A DNA stretch of 64,000 nucleotides, from NCBI RefSeq assembly GCF_001194135.2, contig NC_068989.1, positions 23,214,473 through 23,278,472 on the forward strand. Reading direction: 5' to 3'. The position numbers were made by a program, and so were the translations under genes. Below, piece after piece: positions 10,640 through 22,882 of this stretch. The stretch is from Octopus bimaculoides (taxonomy: Eukaryota). The notes beneath the pieces are model-generated. The model saw nothing but the letters and a program-made list of their open reading frames with translations, did not search any database and was not told where the DNA came from. The first letter of the stretch is position 1. Each line of letters opens with the position of its first letter.

Positions 10640-11799
10640 TCATTTTCAAATCCTCTTCCCTATATATTTTCACTTGTGCAGTACCTTCCCATGCTAGCAT
10701 GGAAAGCTGACGTTAAACGAACAATACTAGAGAGAGATGAAAAATTATCTTGACAGTGGTTAACAAGAATGCCAGATGCCTTTCAGCCTTCTTGGACCTT
10801 GTCAATGATGTATACTCGCAGGTATGACTTGTGCTGCGATTTTGTTTAAAGTGAAGTAAAGTTGCATACTGTGAACCTCACTCTTTTATTTGTGACCACC
10901 TACAATCCAGTGACAAGACCAGGTCTAGATGATTAGGGATGAAGACAAATGCAGGAGATGACCATGGTGTTTTATTAACCTCATCTTCCTCTCTGCACTC
11001 CACAGTGCATTGTTGCAACCTTCCTCTCCTTTGAACCATGAAGATTTCTTCTGCATAGACTCAAAATCCTAAAGACGTCTTCCATTTTTCCTTGATGTAA
11101 ACCTATACCCTCTTTGTTGTTCTTTCACCTCATTTTTGAGATTTTTGTTTTGTTTTGTTTTTTCTTAAGCTATGCATACATACATTACAGATCCAATCCA
11201 TCACCGGAACAGTAAAAATCTGTAAAACTTTCCAGAAGTTTATCATTTAAATATATATGAGCATGTCTAGATATGCAACTATATGCATGAGAATACATAC
11301 ATAAAACAGAACATACAAATCTGCACATATACATTCATAGAAACAAAAATACCCTGTTGTTGATATTAAAATTCCAATGAAGGAGCTTTGAATCTAGATT
11401 AGAAATTGGCTCTTTCTCTATTGGCAAGAAATCTTGAAATAAAACTGAACAATGACATCCATCCATCCACACATACATACATACATATATATATATAGGC
11501 AGCTGAATTTAGGTGGGGGAGGGCGAGTCTTGAAGATGATCCAGGGCCTTGCAACTGTCACCATCGAAGAAAACAGAGCAGATGAGGAGGAGGAGGGTAC
11601 ATGATCTATAAGTTCAACATTAGTTCACCATAAATGGTGAACTAATGATGAACTCCTGCTGACCTCTACAATGACACAAAGCTTTTATTCTCTGTCCCTC
11701 AGAACAATATCAGGTCTGTGGTATTTGTAGCAGCTTCTTGTTATTGGAATGCATAGTTTATCCATTCATTTTTATTGGTCTTTTATTATTTCCATACAG

Positions 11800-12000
11800 G
11801 CCTACTGGATTGGTCCACTAACTGGCAGTATCATAGGGTCAGTATTATACGACAAGATATTCTCAACCAGAAAAACTGACAGCATTTCCTACCAATGTTG
11901 CCTGAGGAAACGAGACAAGAATGATGCCCCATCTCGAAGCACTAGTGCCGAAGAAATACCAATGAAAAATGAAATAATGACTGATGTTGATGCTGCATGA
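11800..12000 (+). CDS. AQP: Aquaporin last coding exon (TM6 and C-terminal tail)
   Basis: Pyrimidine-rich acceptor ttattatttccatacag, phase 0. Encodes AYWIGPLTGSIIGSVLYDKIF...DVDAA* and joins HW of the previous exon to give the conserved HWxYWxGP motif. Confidence 0.95.
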   Translation, partial: AYWIGPLTGSIIGSVLYDKIFSTRKTDSISYQCCLRKRDKNDAPSRSTSAEEIPMKNEIMTDVDAA

Positions 12001-12096
12001 TAATCAGCGTTGCATGAACACCAAAAATGCTTTGTTGCTAACTTGGTAAACTTCAGTGCTCTTAACTCTCCTAACTGGATTTTATTCCTCCATTCC

Positions 12097-12193
12097 AATA
12101 AACCAACAGTTCCAAATCTTTTTGTATCACAACTCATACTAGCAAAACAAAATTTCTATTTTCTTTTTTTTATATATTTAAATGTAAAATAAA
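12097..12193 (+). terminator. Candidate aquaporin polyadenylation signals
   Basis: AATAAA at 12097-12102 and 12188-12193, about 100 and 190 nt after the stop. Confidence 0.45.
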
Positions 12194-12319
12194 AAAAAAA
12201 AAAGCAATTATCCAAAAATTTCATAAAATTATTATTTGATACTTTTGCTAAAATATTCCTTACTTTCTGTTTGAGGTAAGTGCTGCATTGTGATTCTAAT
12301 GATGCCAATGGCTTGTTAA

Positions 12320-12536
12320 CCCTTTCATTACCATATTTCTGCTGAAATATAGAACTTTTCCTTCAATTAATTTTCTAAATAATTAAGAATTTAGCACAAG
12401 AATTTTGTCATTATTAAGCTTGGAACTTAAATTAACATAAAATTTTTGATGGAAGATTTGAATTTAGATTGTTTTATGAGAGGATGCTTGTGTCCTAGAA
12501 CCAGAGGTAGTTTCAGGTGGGTTGGTAACAAAAGGG
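12320..12536. mobile_element. piggyBac-type MITE
   Basis: TTAA|CCCTTT ... AAAGGG|TTAA termini (TTAA at 12316-12319 and 12537-12540). Partial relatives at ~37400-37534 and ~32850-33000. Confidence 0.7.
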
Positions 12537-12939
12537 TTAAAAAACACATTTTCATAGAACCTTTTGCATTTCATCAAAGACTTCAAAAACTGACTCTTTT
12601 TAGAATTATATTGTGACCCAATTTGAACTGCAACTCTTATATTTAGGAACCATTGCAATTACCATTAGACCAGCTACTAAAACTGTTTACATGACTACAT
12701 GAAGAAAAACTTAGGAAATATAATTAACACTATACATGATGCTTTCATTTAGCAGAAATTTATTTGATACGGAAAACTGGAAAAATGTTATTTTATGTTT
12801 TTAATTTTTAATTTTCTTATTTTTTTAAGAAAATATCTAAACAGATGTCTTTATAAATAATAATGTTGAAGATGATAATGAAATTCTATAAATTGATTTA
12901 TATATATATCTATATATTTATAAATTTATGTATTTGTTT

Positions 12940-13182
12940 TGCAAGTTTCCTGATGTGAAATCATGTGTTGAATCAGATATTGTTATATTTAGGAATGGTC
13001 ATATTTTTGTTGCCAAATAAACACACACACTGTATATTCATTCTTCACTTGCTTATTATTGTTCATATTTTATGTCCATTGTCTGGAAATCTTTCATCAC
13101 ATATCCTTTGAACTCTTCAGTGATGCTCCATCCCAATAATTATTCTCTCCATCCAGAATGATAAGAAAGCTGAAGTGAAGAA
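12940..13182. repeat. Member of the fold-back family also found at 43283-43540
   Basis: Shares the flank ttttgcaag..t.ctgatgtgaaatc..tgttgaa.cag, the terminal ttcactt..gctt / aagctgaagtgaa inverted ends, and the CTGAAGA...GAAA core (minus strand, 13081-13125). Confidence 0.7.
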
Positions 13183-13268
13183 CAAGTATATAGAGTGGTT
13201 AATTTGACAAAAATTGAATTTGACCATCTCCAAATAAAACAATATTTATAAATTCTTATTTGTCACAT

Positions 13269-13546
13269 GTGGAGGCGCAATGGCCCAGTGGTTAGGGTAG
13301 CGGACTCGCGGTCATAGGATCGCGGTTTCGATTCCCAGACCGGGCGTTGTGAGTGTTTATTGAGCGAAAACACCTAAAGCTCCACGAGGCTCCGGCAGGG
13401 GATGGTGGCGAACCCTGTTGTACTCTTTCGCCACGATTTTCTTTGACTCTATCTTCTTGTTTTTGTTGTACCTGTATTTCTAAGAGCCAGCCTTGTCACA
13501 CTCTGTGTCACGCTGAATATCCCCGAGAACTACGTTAAGGGTACAC
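13269..13546 (+). mobile_element. SINE family A (3' part lost in gap)
   Basis: Head gtggaggcgcaatggcccagtggttaggg; runs into Ns at 13547. Confidence 0.9.
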
Positions 13547-14079
13547 NNNNNNNNNNNNNNNNNNNNNNNNNNNNNNNNNNNNNNNNNNNNNNNNNNNNNN
13601 NNNNNNNNNNNNNNNNNNNNNNNNNNNNNNNNNNNNNNNNNNNNNNNNNNNNNNNNNNNNNNNNNNNNNNNNNNNNNNNNNNNNNNNNNNNNNNNNNNNN
13701 NNNNNNNNNNNNNNNNNNNNNNNNNNNNNNNNNNNNNNNNNNNNNNNNNNNNNNNNNNNNNNNNNNNNNNNNNNNNNNNNNNNNNNNNNNNNNNNNNNNN
13801 NNNNNNNNNNNNNNNNNNNNNNNNNNNNNNNNNNNNNNNNNNNNNNNNNNNNNNNNNNNNNNNNNNNNNNNNNNNNNNNNNNNNNNNNNNNNNNNNNNNN
13901 NNNNNNNNNNNNNNNNNNNNNNNNNNNNNNNNNNNNNNNNNNNNNNNNNNNNNNNNNNNNNNNNNNNNNNNNNNNNNNNNNNNNNNNNNNNNNNNNNNNN
14001 NNNNNNNNNNNNNNNNNNNNNNNNNNNNNNNNNNNNNNNNNNNNNNNNNNNNNNNNNNNNNNNNNNNNNNNNNNNNNNN
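13547..14079. other. Assembly gap
   Basis: N run. Confidence 1.
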
Positions 14080-14173
14080 GTAATATAATTTTAATCTTCG
14101 GATTTTTTTAATATGCTAGACCACTGGTTTTAATTGATTAATATCAATTTCTACCCTTATTAATAAATTTTAT

Positions 14174-14221
<48 letters not shown>

Positions 14222-15530
14222 GGCTTCTTTCAGTTTCCATCTGCCAAATCCACTCTCAAGGCTTTGGTGAGCCTGAGGCTATAGTAGAAGACACTTGCCC
14301 AAGATGTCACACAGTGGGACTGAACCCAGAACCGTGTATTTGGGAAGCAAGCTTTTTACCACACAGCCACAATAAATTTTAACAAAATCCTATTTGAACC
14401 CCCCCAAGGGCCATATGAACCCTGGTTGAGAACCACTAATGTAGATCCTGCCATGTTGATTGCTGAATAGGTAGTGACAAACCTGCTTTGTCTACCCCCA
14501 TCCAGTTTGTCAAATGAAATGATAGCAGCAGCAGTTCTCCAAAAGTGGTGTTGCTGGTGGCTAAAGAAGTCCGACTACAGTGGGGGTGGGGACAAGGACG
14601 GCTGGTTTGCTGCATGTTGACAGCAGTGGTGGTAAAGATAACTCTCTACATTGGTATTTGTAGTAGTGGTGGTAGATGCTGTGGTAGTTGGTGTAAAGGG
14701 GCTGGGAGAAAATGACAAAATTCACCATTGTAGCACTGATGGTTTCAATCACAGCAGTGGCAAAGTTGGTGCATGCAGGCAACAGTACCAATCATCATCA
14801 TTAGTGGTGATGATATTGGTTGTGGCAGTGGCAGCTCCAGCCAATTGTTAATTTTGGGGTTAAGTCAGAGAGTCAATAAAAATTCCTTGATATGGAGGTT
14901 TCCAATAAAAACAAACTATGGGTTCTTACATGGGAATCAAAACCTTAGTCTAAAGTTTTCCATAAGGTTTTTTGTATTGTTCTCAGCATTCATACTTGCA
15001 AATTTATAACAGTCAACTGTCATACTTAGATAAGCTCTACTCTATTCTTTTACTCAACCTCTTAGGTTAAATTCAGTTCAATATAGATAAACACATTCAC
15101 CCTGTTTTGTTCTCCAACCTACACACAGCTTCAACATGAACTTGTATAACTACAGTACACTAAACAGAATTCCTTCTCTTTAACCCAACACCTTGCTAGA
15201 GGAACATGCCTGCTCCTATTATTTTAGGACACTTTGTTTTTGCTTTTAGATGCAGCACACCTTTCTCTTTCTAGCATGCCATTCTGTCTTTTCTACCCAA
15301 CATGGTCAGAGGTACATGGCTGCTATTCTTACTACTATCATGCTCTACCATTGCAAAACAACAAATGCTACAGCCCTTGTATATTCTTCCTAACAACAAA
15401 TTGACAGATAGATAAGATCTGTAAGAAATAACCGTTTTCCTTCTGTTGATTCATTTGGTACATACCACACTGTCCAGGGAGTTTAAATAGGCTATTAGTA
15501 CTAATAACCACTGCATTCATTGCACCTATC

Positions 15531-15536
<6 letters not shown>

Positions 15537-15589
<53 letters not shown>

Positions 15590-15815
15590 TACATACACAC
15601 ATACATACATACATATGAACGTACTTCCAACCATACATACACATGGATACATACATACATACATACGTACTTCCAACTATACATACACATACATACATAC
15701 ATACACATACATACATACACACACATACATACATACACACACACACACATACATACATACATACATACATACATACATACGTACGTGAGTGCGTAGGTAC
15801 GTACTTCCAACCATA
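15537..15815. repeat. (CA)n/(CATA)n compound microsatellite with an interspersed 16-nt unit
   Basis: acgtacttccaac(c/t)at occurs three times (~15618, ~15665, ~15799) among CATA repeats. Confidence 0.85.
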
Positions 15816-15954
15816 AGTACAGGAACAAAATTTGCTGGGGGCAATGTGCAAAGCCAGGTCTAAAATTTTTTACAAACAAGGTCAATTATTTTCTCATTTT
15901 TAATATCAAAACAAATACAGAGATTTAAAATACAGGTATTATTATCATTATTAT

Positions 15955-16547
15955 TAAGTCAAATTCCACTGACATCAACTTTACCTTTCATCCTTTCAGA
16001 GTCAATAAAATAAGTACCAGTTGAACACAGGAGTCGATGTAACTGACTCATCCCCTCCCCACAAATTGTTACCCTTGTGGCAAAATTTGAAACCATTGTT
16101 ATTATTATTAAGGCAGCAAGCTGGCAGAATCGTTAGCACACCAGGTAAAATACTTCATGGCATTTCAACTGTCTTTATGTTCTGAGTTCAAATTCCACCA
16201 AGGTTTTTCATCCTTTCGGGGTCAATAAAATAAGTACCAGTTGAATACTGGAGTCGATGTAACCGACTCACCACTGACCCTAAAATTGCTGGTCTTGGGC
16301 CAAAATTTGAAACCATTATTATTATTATAAGGCAGGGAACTGGCAGAATTGTCCCCACACTGGGTAAAATGCTTAGTGGCATTTTGTCCAGCTTTATGTT
16401 CTGAGTTCAAATACAGCTGGAGTTTACTTTCCCTTTCATCTCTTTAGGATCAATAAAATAAGTACTAGTTGAGTGCTGGGGTTGATGTAATCAACTTAGC
16501 CCCACCCCCAGAATTGTTAACCTTGTGCCAAAATTTGAAACTATTAT
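15955..16547 (+). mobile_element. Head-to-tail array of SINE family C (one partial and two full units)
   Basis: Units start aaggcag..agctggcagaat (16110, 16329), contain ttctgagttcaaat and aataaaataagtacc, and end aaatttgaaacc(att)n. Confidence 0.8.
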
Positions 16548-17138
16548 TACCTCCTCCTTAGCGAAGGCAGAGGTATTGTTTCAGTCGTGTTTGTCTATGG
16601 ACAAGATATCTCGAGAACCGCTGGATGGATTCAAATGAAACTTTCAGGGATGTTTGGCCTCATGACTGGCACGAACTGATTAGATTTGGGGATCAATCCA
16701 GTACCGGACAAGGATTCTGGATTATTTTTTGTTATATTTACTTTACTTTACATGATTACAATCTAACGTTAACTTTCAAGTCTTTCTCAGTTATCTCCCT
16801 TTATGCTGTAACTATTTTGAATGGTGAATTTGTTAATTTTGGCTTATATTAGATAAGAATAAACTATTTATTACTGTTACTAAATTTTCTACAGCCACCT
16901 TTACATTCCATGACTATCGTTGGGATCGATCAGATACCAGACAAAGATTCTGGATTATTTTTCCGTTTTTTTTTTACTTAATTATTGAGAGCGGTCGGGT
17001 TCATTTTTAGTAATCATGTTTGTGAGAGCAATCGAGTTTATTTCAGATATTCTCATTTTAAAAATCGTTTCTGGCTAATCGTTGAGAGGACGTTGGTGTT
17101 GCCTTGCTGGAAGTTTGCGCTCTCTGAGTGCTCTCTAT
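16546..17138 (+). mobile_element. DINE-1/Helentron-like non-autonomous element
   Basis: 5' hairpin tacctc.tcc-ttagcgaa-ggcagaggta, a gtttgtct tract, a caagatatctc..ggattcaaatgaaactttcagg core, and a 3' end ggaagtttgcgctctctgagtgctctcta. Family assignment is by recalled architecture. Confidence 0.6.
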
Positions 17139-17287
17139 TATCATTGTGAACTTTTTTTTTTTATTTTTATTATTATTATTATTATTATTGTTATTATTAT
17201 TATTGTTATTGTTATTATTATTATTGTTGTTGTTGTTGTTGTTGTTATTGTTGTTGTTGTTGTTGTTGTTGTTGTTATTATTATTAT

Positions 17288-17637
17288 TCAGTAGTTTTAT
17301 TTTTATAACGTGCTTTCACTTCACTACCGAGCGCAGCTCTGTGTGCCTTGGGTATGTGCTGTGGTTTGCTGTGGTGCTCTTATGGTTACTGTATTGAAAG
17401 TGTTTTGTGTAGGATGTGTGCAGTACCCAGTAGTGCAATTTTCTGTATGTTATATATACTTGTAAGTCCTGGTGTTTTTGTTATGTATTTGTCTGAATAT
17501 TTTTTTTATTATACCTAAGGCGCCTACTATGATAGGAATTGTTTCTGTTTTTAGATTCCACATTCGAGTTACCTCTATTTCAGGTCTTTGTATTTTGAAA
17601 ATTTCTCCATTTCTTTTAGGGAAACGTTGTCATCTGC
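17288..17637 (-). mobile_element. 5'-truncated R4/Dong-clade LINE (RLE C-terminus and 3' UTR) in a (TAA)n tract
   Basis: The minus strand reads ADDNVSLKEMEKFSKYKDLKIEVTRMWNLKTETIPIIVGALG...QKIALLGTAHILHKTL, with one homopolymer frameshift and a stop at 17386-17388. Flanked by TAA repeats on both sides. Confidence 0.85.
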
Positions 17638-17729
17638 TTATTATCATTATTATTATTATTATTGTCATCTGCTTATTATTATTATTATTATTATTGTCAT
17701 CTGCTTATTATTATTATTATTATTATTAT

Positions 17730-18430
17730 TACCCCTGCCTTAGCAAAGGCAGAGGTATTGTTTTCAGTCGTGTTTGTTTGTCCATGGACAAGATATCTCA
17801 AGAAACTTTCAGGGATGTTTGGACTCATGACTTCCACGAACTGATTAGATTTTGGGGATCAATCCGGTACCGGACAAGGATTCTGGATTATTTTTTACAT
17901 TTTCTTTATTTTACATGTATATGTTAAGTTTCACATAGTTCTCTTGTACATGTACGCACATTTTCAGCGTTGAACATTACCATTACACACACACACACAC
18001 ACGCACACGCACACGCACACGCACACGCACACGCACACGCGCGCGCGCGCGCAAGTATACCTCTCTTTTGCACACATATATTCACACATCAAACGCCGTT
18101 TATCAGCTTTTTCATTCCTTCATTCAGCCTTACTTTTCTCATTCATACGACACTCTCTTTGTCATTTATCTCCTCTACCTTCACCTCTCATACCGGCTCT
18201 ATTTGATATATATATATACAAATATATATATATACAAATATATAAGAAGACAACGTTCAATATTATATTAGATTATACATACATTTTAACACTTTACAGT
18301 ATACTTACATATCAGTCTAAAACAACAGAATTACTAAAGGAAGACCAGAATTTAAGAGAAGAGAAAACCAAAAGGTCTCATGATATTCATTGAAGGATTT
18401 TATTTCAGATATTCTCATTTTAAAAATCTG
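17730..18430 (+). mobile_element. Second DINE-1/Helentron-like copy; 3' end not found
   Basis: 17730-17895 is near-identical to 16548-16725. 18397-18428 repeats 17037-17068. Confidence 0.55.
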
Positions 18431-18435
18431 ATTGG

Positions 18436-19322
18436 CTCTGATTGGCTTTATGCAAATGCGATCATTAGTTGGGTCCGGAACTCTCGTGGGGAAAAAATTT
18501 CACGGCCAGCCACAAGTCGTAAATCGCTTTAAATATAAATTGATTTACGATTATAAGACATAGGTGTAGGGGACACAACTCTGCTGTCACGATTTCTTTT
18601 CTTTAGTCGCTTTTACAATTCGCCGATCAATAACTATTTTAACAGTTAGATAATAGTAATAGTAATATTTTAATTTTATAGTGTAATTAGGTTTTTGCTT
18701 ATTAAAAGCTAAATGACCATTTTTTCTTTTCTCTTTTAATAATGCTTCTTGATCTTGTTCTTGTTCCAACCATGTCTGCCTCTGCGTAGTTATTTGTGTT
18801 GTTGTTTACTTTCTAAAACAGTAAGGGGAAAGGGTTGCTAGCACATCACCCTCTACCCATATTTTCCCCATCCACATCTTTACCATATGGGGCCCTAACA
18901 AAATCCGATGATAGGTATAAATGAAAATCTATCTAATTACTTGTCTCCTTCTAAAATCAGGCATAACTTGTCGATCGGTCGACAATTCTTCATCTTGTGT
19001 TTACTTGGTAGAGTGTGTTTGTTAACTTGACAACAAGGTCAAGGTGAGCTCTGATTGGCTTTATGCAAATGAGATCGTTACTTGGGTCCGGAACTTTCGT
19101 GAGAAAAAAATTTCACGGTCAGCCACAAGCTTTAAATATAAATTGGTTTACGATTATAAGACATCGGTGTAGGGGACACAACTCTGCTGTCACAGTTTCT
19201 TTTCCTTTAGTCGCTTTTACAATTCGCCCTATCAATAACTATCTTATCAGTTAGATAACAGTAATATTTTAATTTTATAGTGTAATTAGGTTTTTGCTTA
19301 TTAAAAATCAAATGAGATTTTT
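18436..19322 (+). repeat. Direct ~280-bp duplication (18436-18722 and 19049-19322)
   Basis: Both copies begin ctctgattggctttatgcaaatg and share ggtgtaggggacacaactctgctgtcac and tttatagtgtaattaggtttttgcttattaaaa. Confidence 0.9.
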
Positions 19323-20596
19323 TCCAAGTTCGAACCCAGTACACTTTTTCCTTATCATATTTCACTTGAAGGCTTTTACTTCTGGTAGTTTCAAAGACGG
19401 CGAGTAGGTAGAATTATTAGCGCATCGGATAAAATGCCTGATATTTCTTCCCGTTCTTCACATTCTGAGAACAAATCTTGCCAAGATGAACTTTGCTTTT
19501 TATCCTTTCGGGATCGATAAAATAAAGTACTTTGCTCTTTCCCCTAAAATCGCTGATCCTGAGCCAAAATTAGAGACAATTAAAGTTAGTGTCATTACGG
19601 AGATTAATGGCAGTTACAGCAGTAGTATTAGCGTCCTTATCTCGAACCCTCAACTTCTTTCTGAAATGGTAGTGGCGCCAGTGTGACATAAAGCGTGCCT
19701 TGGGCACTTTTTGACCTGGAGACGGTTACCCTTCTGTCTGTCTGACCTCAGTCAGTCTATTCCAGAAAGTGCAGTAGACAAACGAAGACACACTTCTATG
19801 ACAGAGATACTCACAACTATTACGAGATGTCAAAACAAGGAAACTCGATCATACGCACATTCACACATAGATACATTATCATCATCATCATAATCAACAT
19901 CATTTAGCGTCCATTTTCCATGGGTTTGGCAGTTTGACTGGAGCTGGTAAGCTGAAGAGCTACACCTGTCTCGTTTGTTTTGGCTTGGTTTCTACAGCTG
20001 AATGCCCTTCCTGTCATGAACCACTCCACAGAGTACACTGGGTGTCTTTTACGTGTCAGTGGCAAGAGAGCCTTTTACATGTCACCAGCACTGGCCATGA
20101 CTACAATCTCACTTAGCTTGACATGTCTTCTCAAGCACAGCAAATCACCATGTACATGTTTATTATATACAAGTTTTTTTTATTTTTATTTTCAGTTTCT
20201 GTCTACCAAATCCACTCAAAAGGTTTTGGTCAGTCCAAGGCTATGGTAGAAGACATTTGCCCAAGGTGCAATACAGTGAGACTGAACCTGAAACCGTGTG
20301 GTTGGGAAGCAAACTACTTAACCCCATAGCCATACTTGTAAAAATAATTACTCTAACAAAAGTCTATTGCTTTATTGTTAGCTTGGAAAATTGTGGATGG
20401 TGGAGGCTAGCTATAAAACATTCTGTTTTATTTTAATATTTGTCCATTGTGGGGTTTTCTTTTTTTCTGTTTTCTAAGCAAGTTTACCGCCAATTATTAA
20501 AGAATTCAATATAATTCATTTGTTCTAGTGTCTTGAATTAAATAAAGAACATAATAAATTCAGAAAATCATTTTGATACCTGCCTGTAGTTAGACA

Positions 20597-20968
20597 GTGG
20601 AGGCGCAATGGCACAGTGGTTAGGGCAGCGGATTCGCAGTCATAGGATAGTGGCTTCGATTCCCAGATCGGGCATTGTGTGTGTTTATTGAGCGAAAACA
20701 CCTAAAGCTCCACGAGGCTCCGGCAGGGGATGGTGGCGAACCCTGCTGTACTCTTTCACCACAACTTTCTCTCACTCTTACTTCCTGTTTCTGTTGTGCC
20801 TGTAATTCAAAGGGTCAGCCTTGTCACACTGTGTCACGCTGAATATCCCTGAGAACTACGTTAAGGGTACACGTGTCTGTGGAGTGCTCGGCCACTTGCA
20901 CGTTAATTTCACGAGCAGGCTGTTCCGTTGATCGGATCAACTGGAACCCTCGACGGAGTGCCAACAAC
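20597..20968 (+). mobile_element. SINE family A, full length
   Basis: 11-bp TSD GTAGTTAGACA at 20586-20596 and 20969-20979. Confidence 0.93.
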
Positions 20969-21615
20969 GTAGTTAGACATCACAACGACCACCATTACCA
21001 TCATCATTTTAACATTTACATTTCCAAGCTTGCATGAGTTGGACAAGAGTACTTTGGAGTCAAGTTTTTCTACAGTCAAATAACCTTCTTGTCACCTGTG
21101 AGGTAATAATCCCAGTCTAACAAACAACAAACAACCCAGATATGTTTTATGCAGAGAACTAGAAACAAACAACATTGTATAAACAACCCTTTTGTTTACA
21201 GAGGTCATAAATATTGAGAAACCCAAACATGTTTTTGTGATGGACATCAAGCAACCACCAAAGCAAACTACACTAGCTGGGAGCCATTGTTTACAAACCA
21301 ATGGACACATGGGAAATACAAACTCACTCACACAAACACACACATGCAAACAGACACATATCTACATCATTGTCATCATTTTAACATCTATTTTTCCATG
21401 CTTGTAAAGGTTAGACAAAGTTTATTGAGGCAGATTTTCTACAGTCTCATGTCTTTCTTATCACCAACAATCGTTTCCAAGATAATATTTCCTATGACCA
21501 GACATGGTTTTCATGGAAGTCAGGAAATGAATAAGATTGCTTGTAATAGTGTTGCTCATTTACAACCAGCCCACGATGTCAAAACAAGAGTGCACACAAA
21601 TACACACATGCATAT

Positions 21616-21986
21616 TGCTGTTGGCACTCCATCGCTTACGACGTCGAGGGTTCCAGTTGATCTGATCAACAGAACAGCCTGCTCATGAAATTAATGTGCA
21701 AGTGGCTGAGCACTCCACAGACACATGTACCCTTAACGTAGTTCTCGGGGATATTCAGCGTGACACAGTGTGACAAGGCTGACCCTTTGAATTACAGGCA
21801 CAACAGAAACAGGAAGTAAGAGTGAGAGAAAGTTGTGGTGAAAGAGTACAGCAGGGTTCGCCACCATCCCCTGCCGGAGCCTCGTGGAGCTTTAGGTGTT
21901 TTCGCTCAATAAACACACACAACGCCCGGTCTAGGAATCAAAACCGCGAGTCCGCTGCCCTAACCACTGGGCCATTGTGCCTCCAC
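21616..21986 (-). mobile_element. SINE family A, full length
   Basis: Reverse-complement copy with an imperfect TSD acacatgca. Confidence 0.9.
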
Positions 21987-22014
21987 ACACATGCAAATAT
22001 AACATATACAATAA

Positions 22015-22495
22015 ACATCTTTCAGTTACTGTCTACTAAATCCACACACGAGGTTTTGGTTGGCCCATAGCTACAGTAGAAGGCATTGCCCAAGATGCTG
22101 CACAATGGGATTGAACACAAGACTAGAGAGTTGAGAAACAAACTTCTCAACCACATATACGCTTATACACACACACACACACACAAAAGGCTTCACTTAG
22201 TTTCTATCAAATTTAATCACAAGGCTTTTGGTTAGCCCAAGTAGAAGACAACTGCCCAAGGTGCCATGCAGTGAAACTGAACCTAAAACCATAGTTGGGA
22301 AACAAACTTCTCGATGACATAGCTACACCTATATACATACACAGACACAAAGGGCTACTCTTAGTTTCCATCTAATTTACTCACAAGGCTTTGGTCGACC
22401 CAGGGTTATAGTAGAAGACAACTAACCAAGGTTCTACACAGTGGGACTGAACCTGAGACCATGTAGTTAAGAAACAAATTTTTTAACCACACGCC
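22015..22495 (-). mobile_element. Three tandem 5' halves of SINE family B
   Basis: Three successive units of cacaaggctttggt...gtagaag.ca..gcccaag...gactgaacc, separated by CA/TA tracts. Confidence 0.75.
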
Positions 22496-22882
22496 CATGT
22501 GTGTGCCTATACTGCATAAAAGAACTATATACATTGGCAGCCACATACAACCCCAGATAATGTTATTACAAGTAGTGAGTACCCACCAAAGTCACTCATG
22601 ATCTCATGATCCTCTTCAACCTTATGTTATCAGCAGTTATTGTTATCTAAAAGGTTCCACCATATAATGACCACAATACACAGCTTGCACTGTTTTTAAC
22701 CCCTTAGCATTTGAACCAACTATATCAGGTCCAAATATTCTACTTGTTTTACATTCAAACCAGCCAGATCCAGCCTCTCATACCTACCCTACAATGTCAT
22801 TCTAAAAGTAAACAACCACAGCAATAAAATCTCAAAGCTACAAGATGACGCATGATTAATTCAAAAGATTATGAATACAAAA

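Noticed and set aside
13269-13345. tRNA gene (also at 6360-6432, 20597, 21910-21986, 28080-28155, 38949)
   Set aside because: Each tRNA-like head continues into the same ~310-bp SINE body and tail; no clean cloverleaf acceptor stem or terminator.
15955-16547. CRISPR-like or satellite array
   Set aside because: The units are ~220-bp dispersed SINE copies in eukaryotic DNA, with no repeat-spacer structure.
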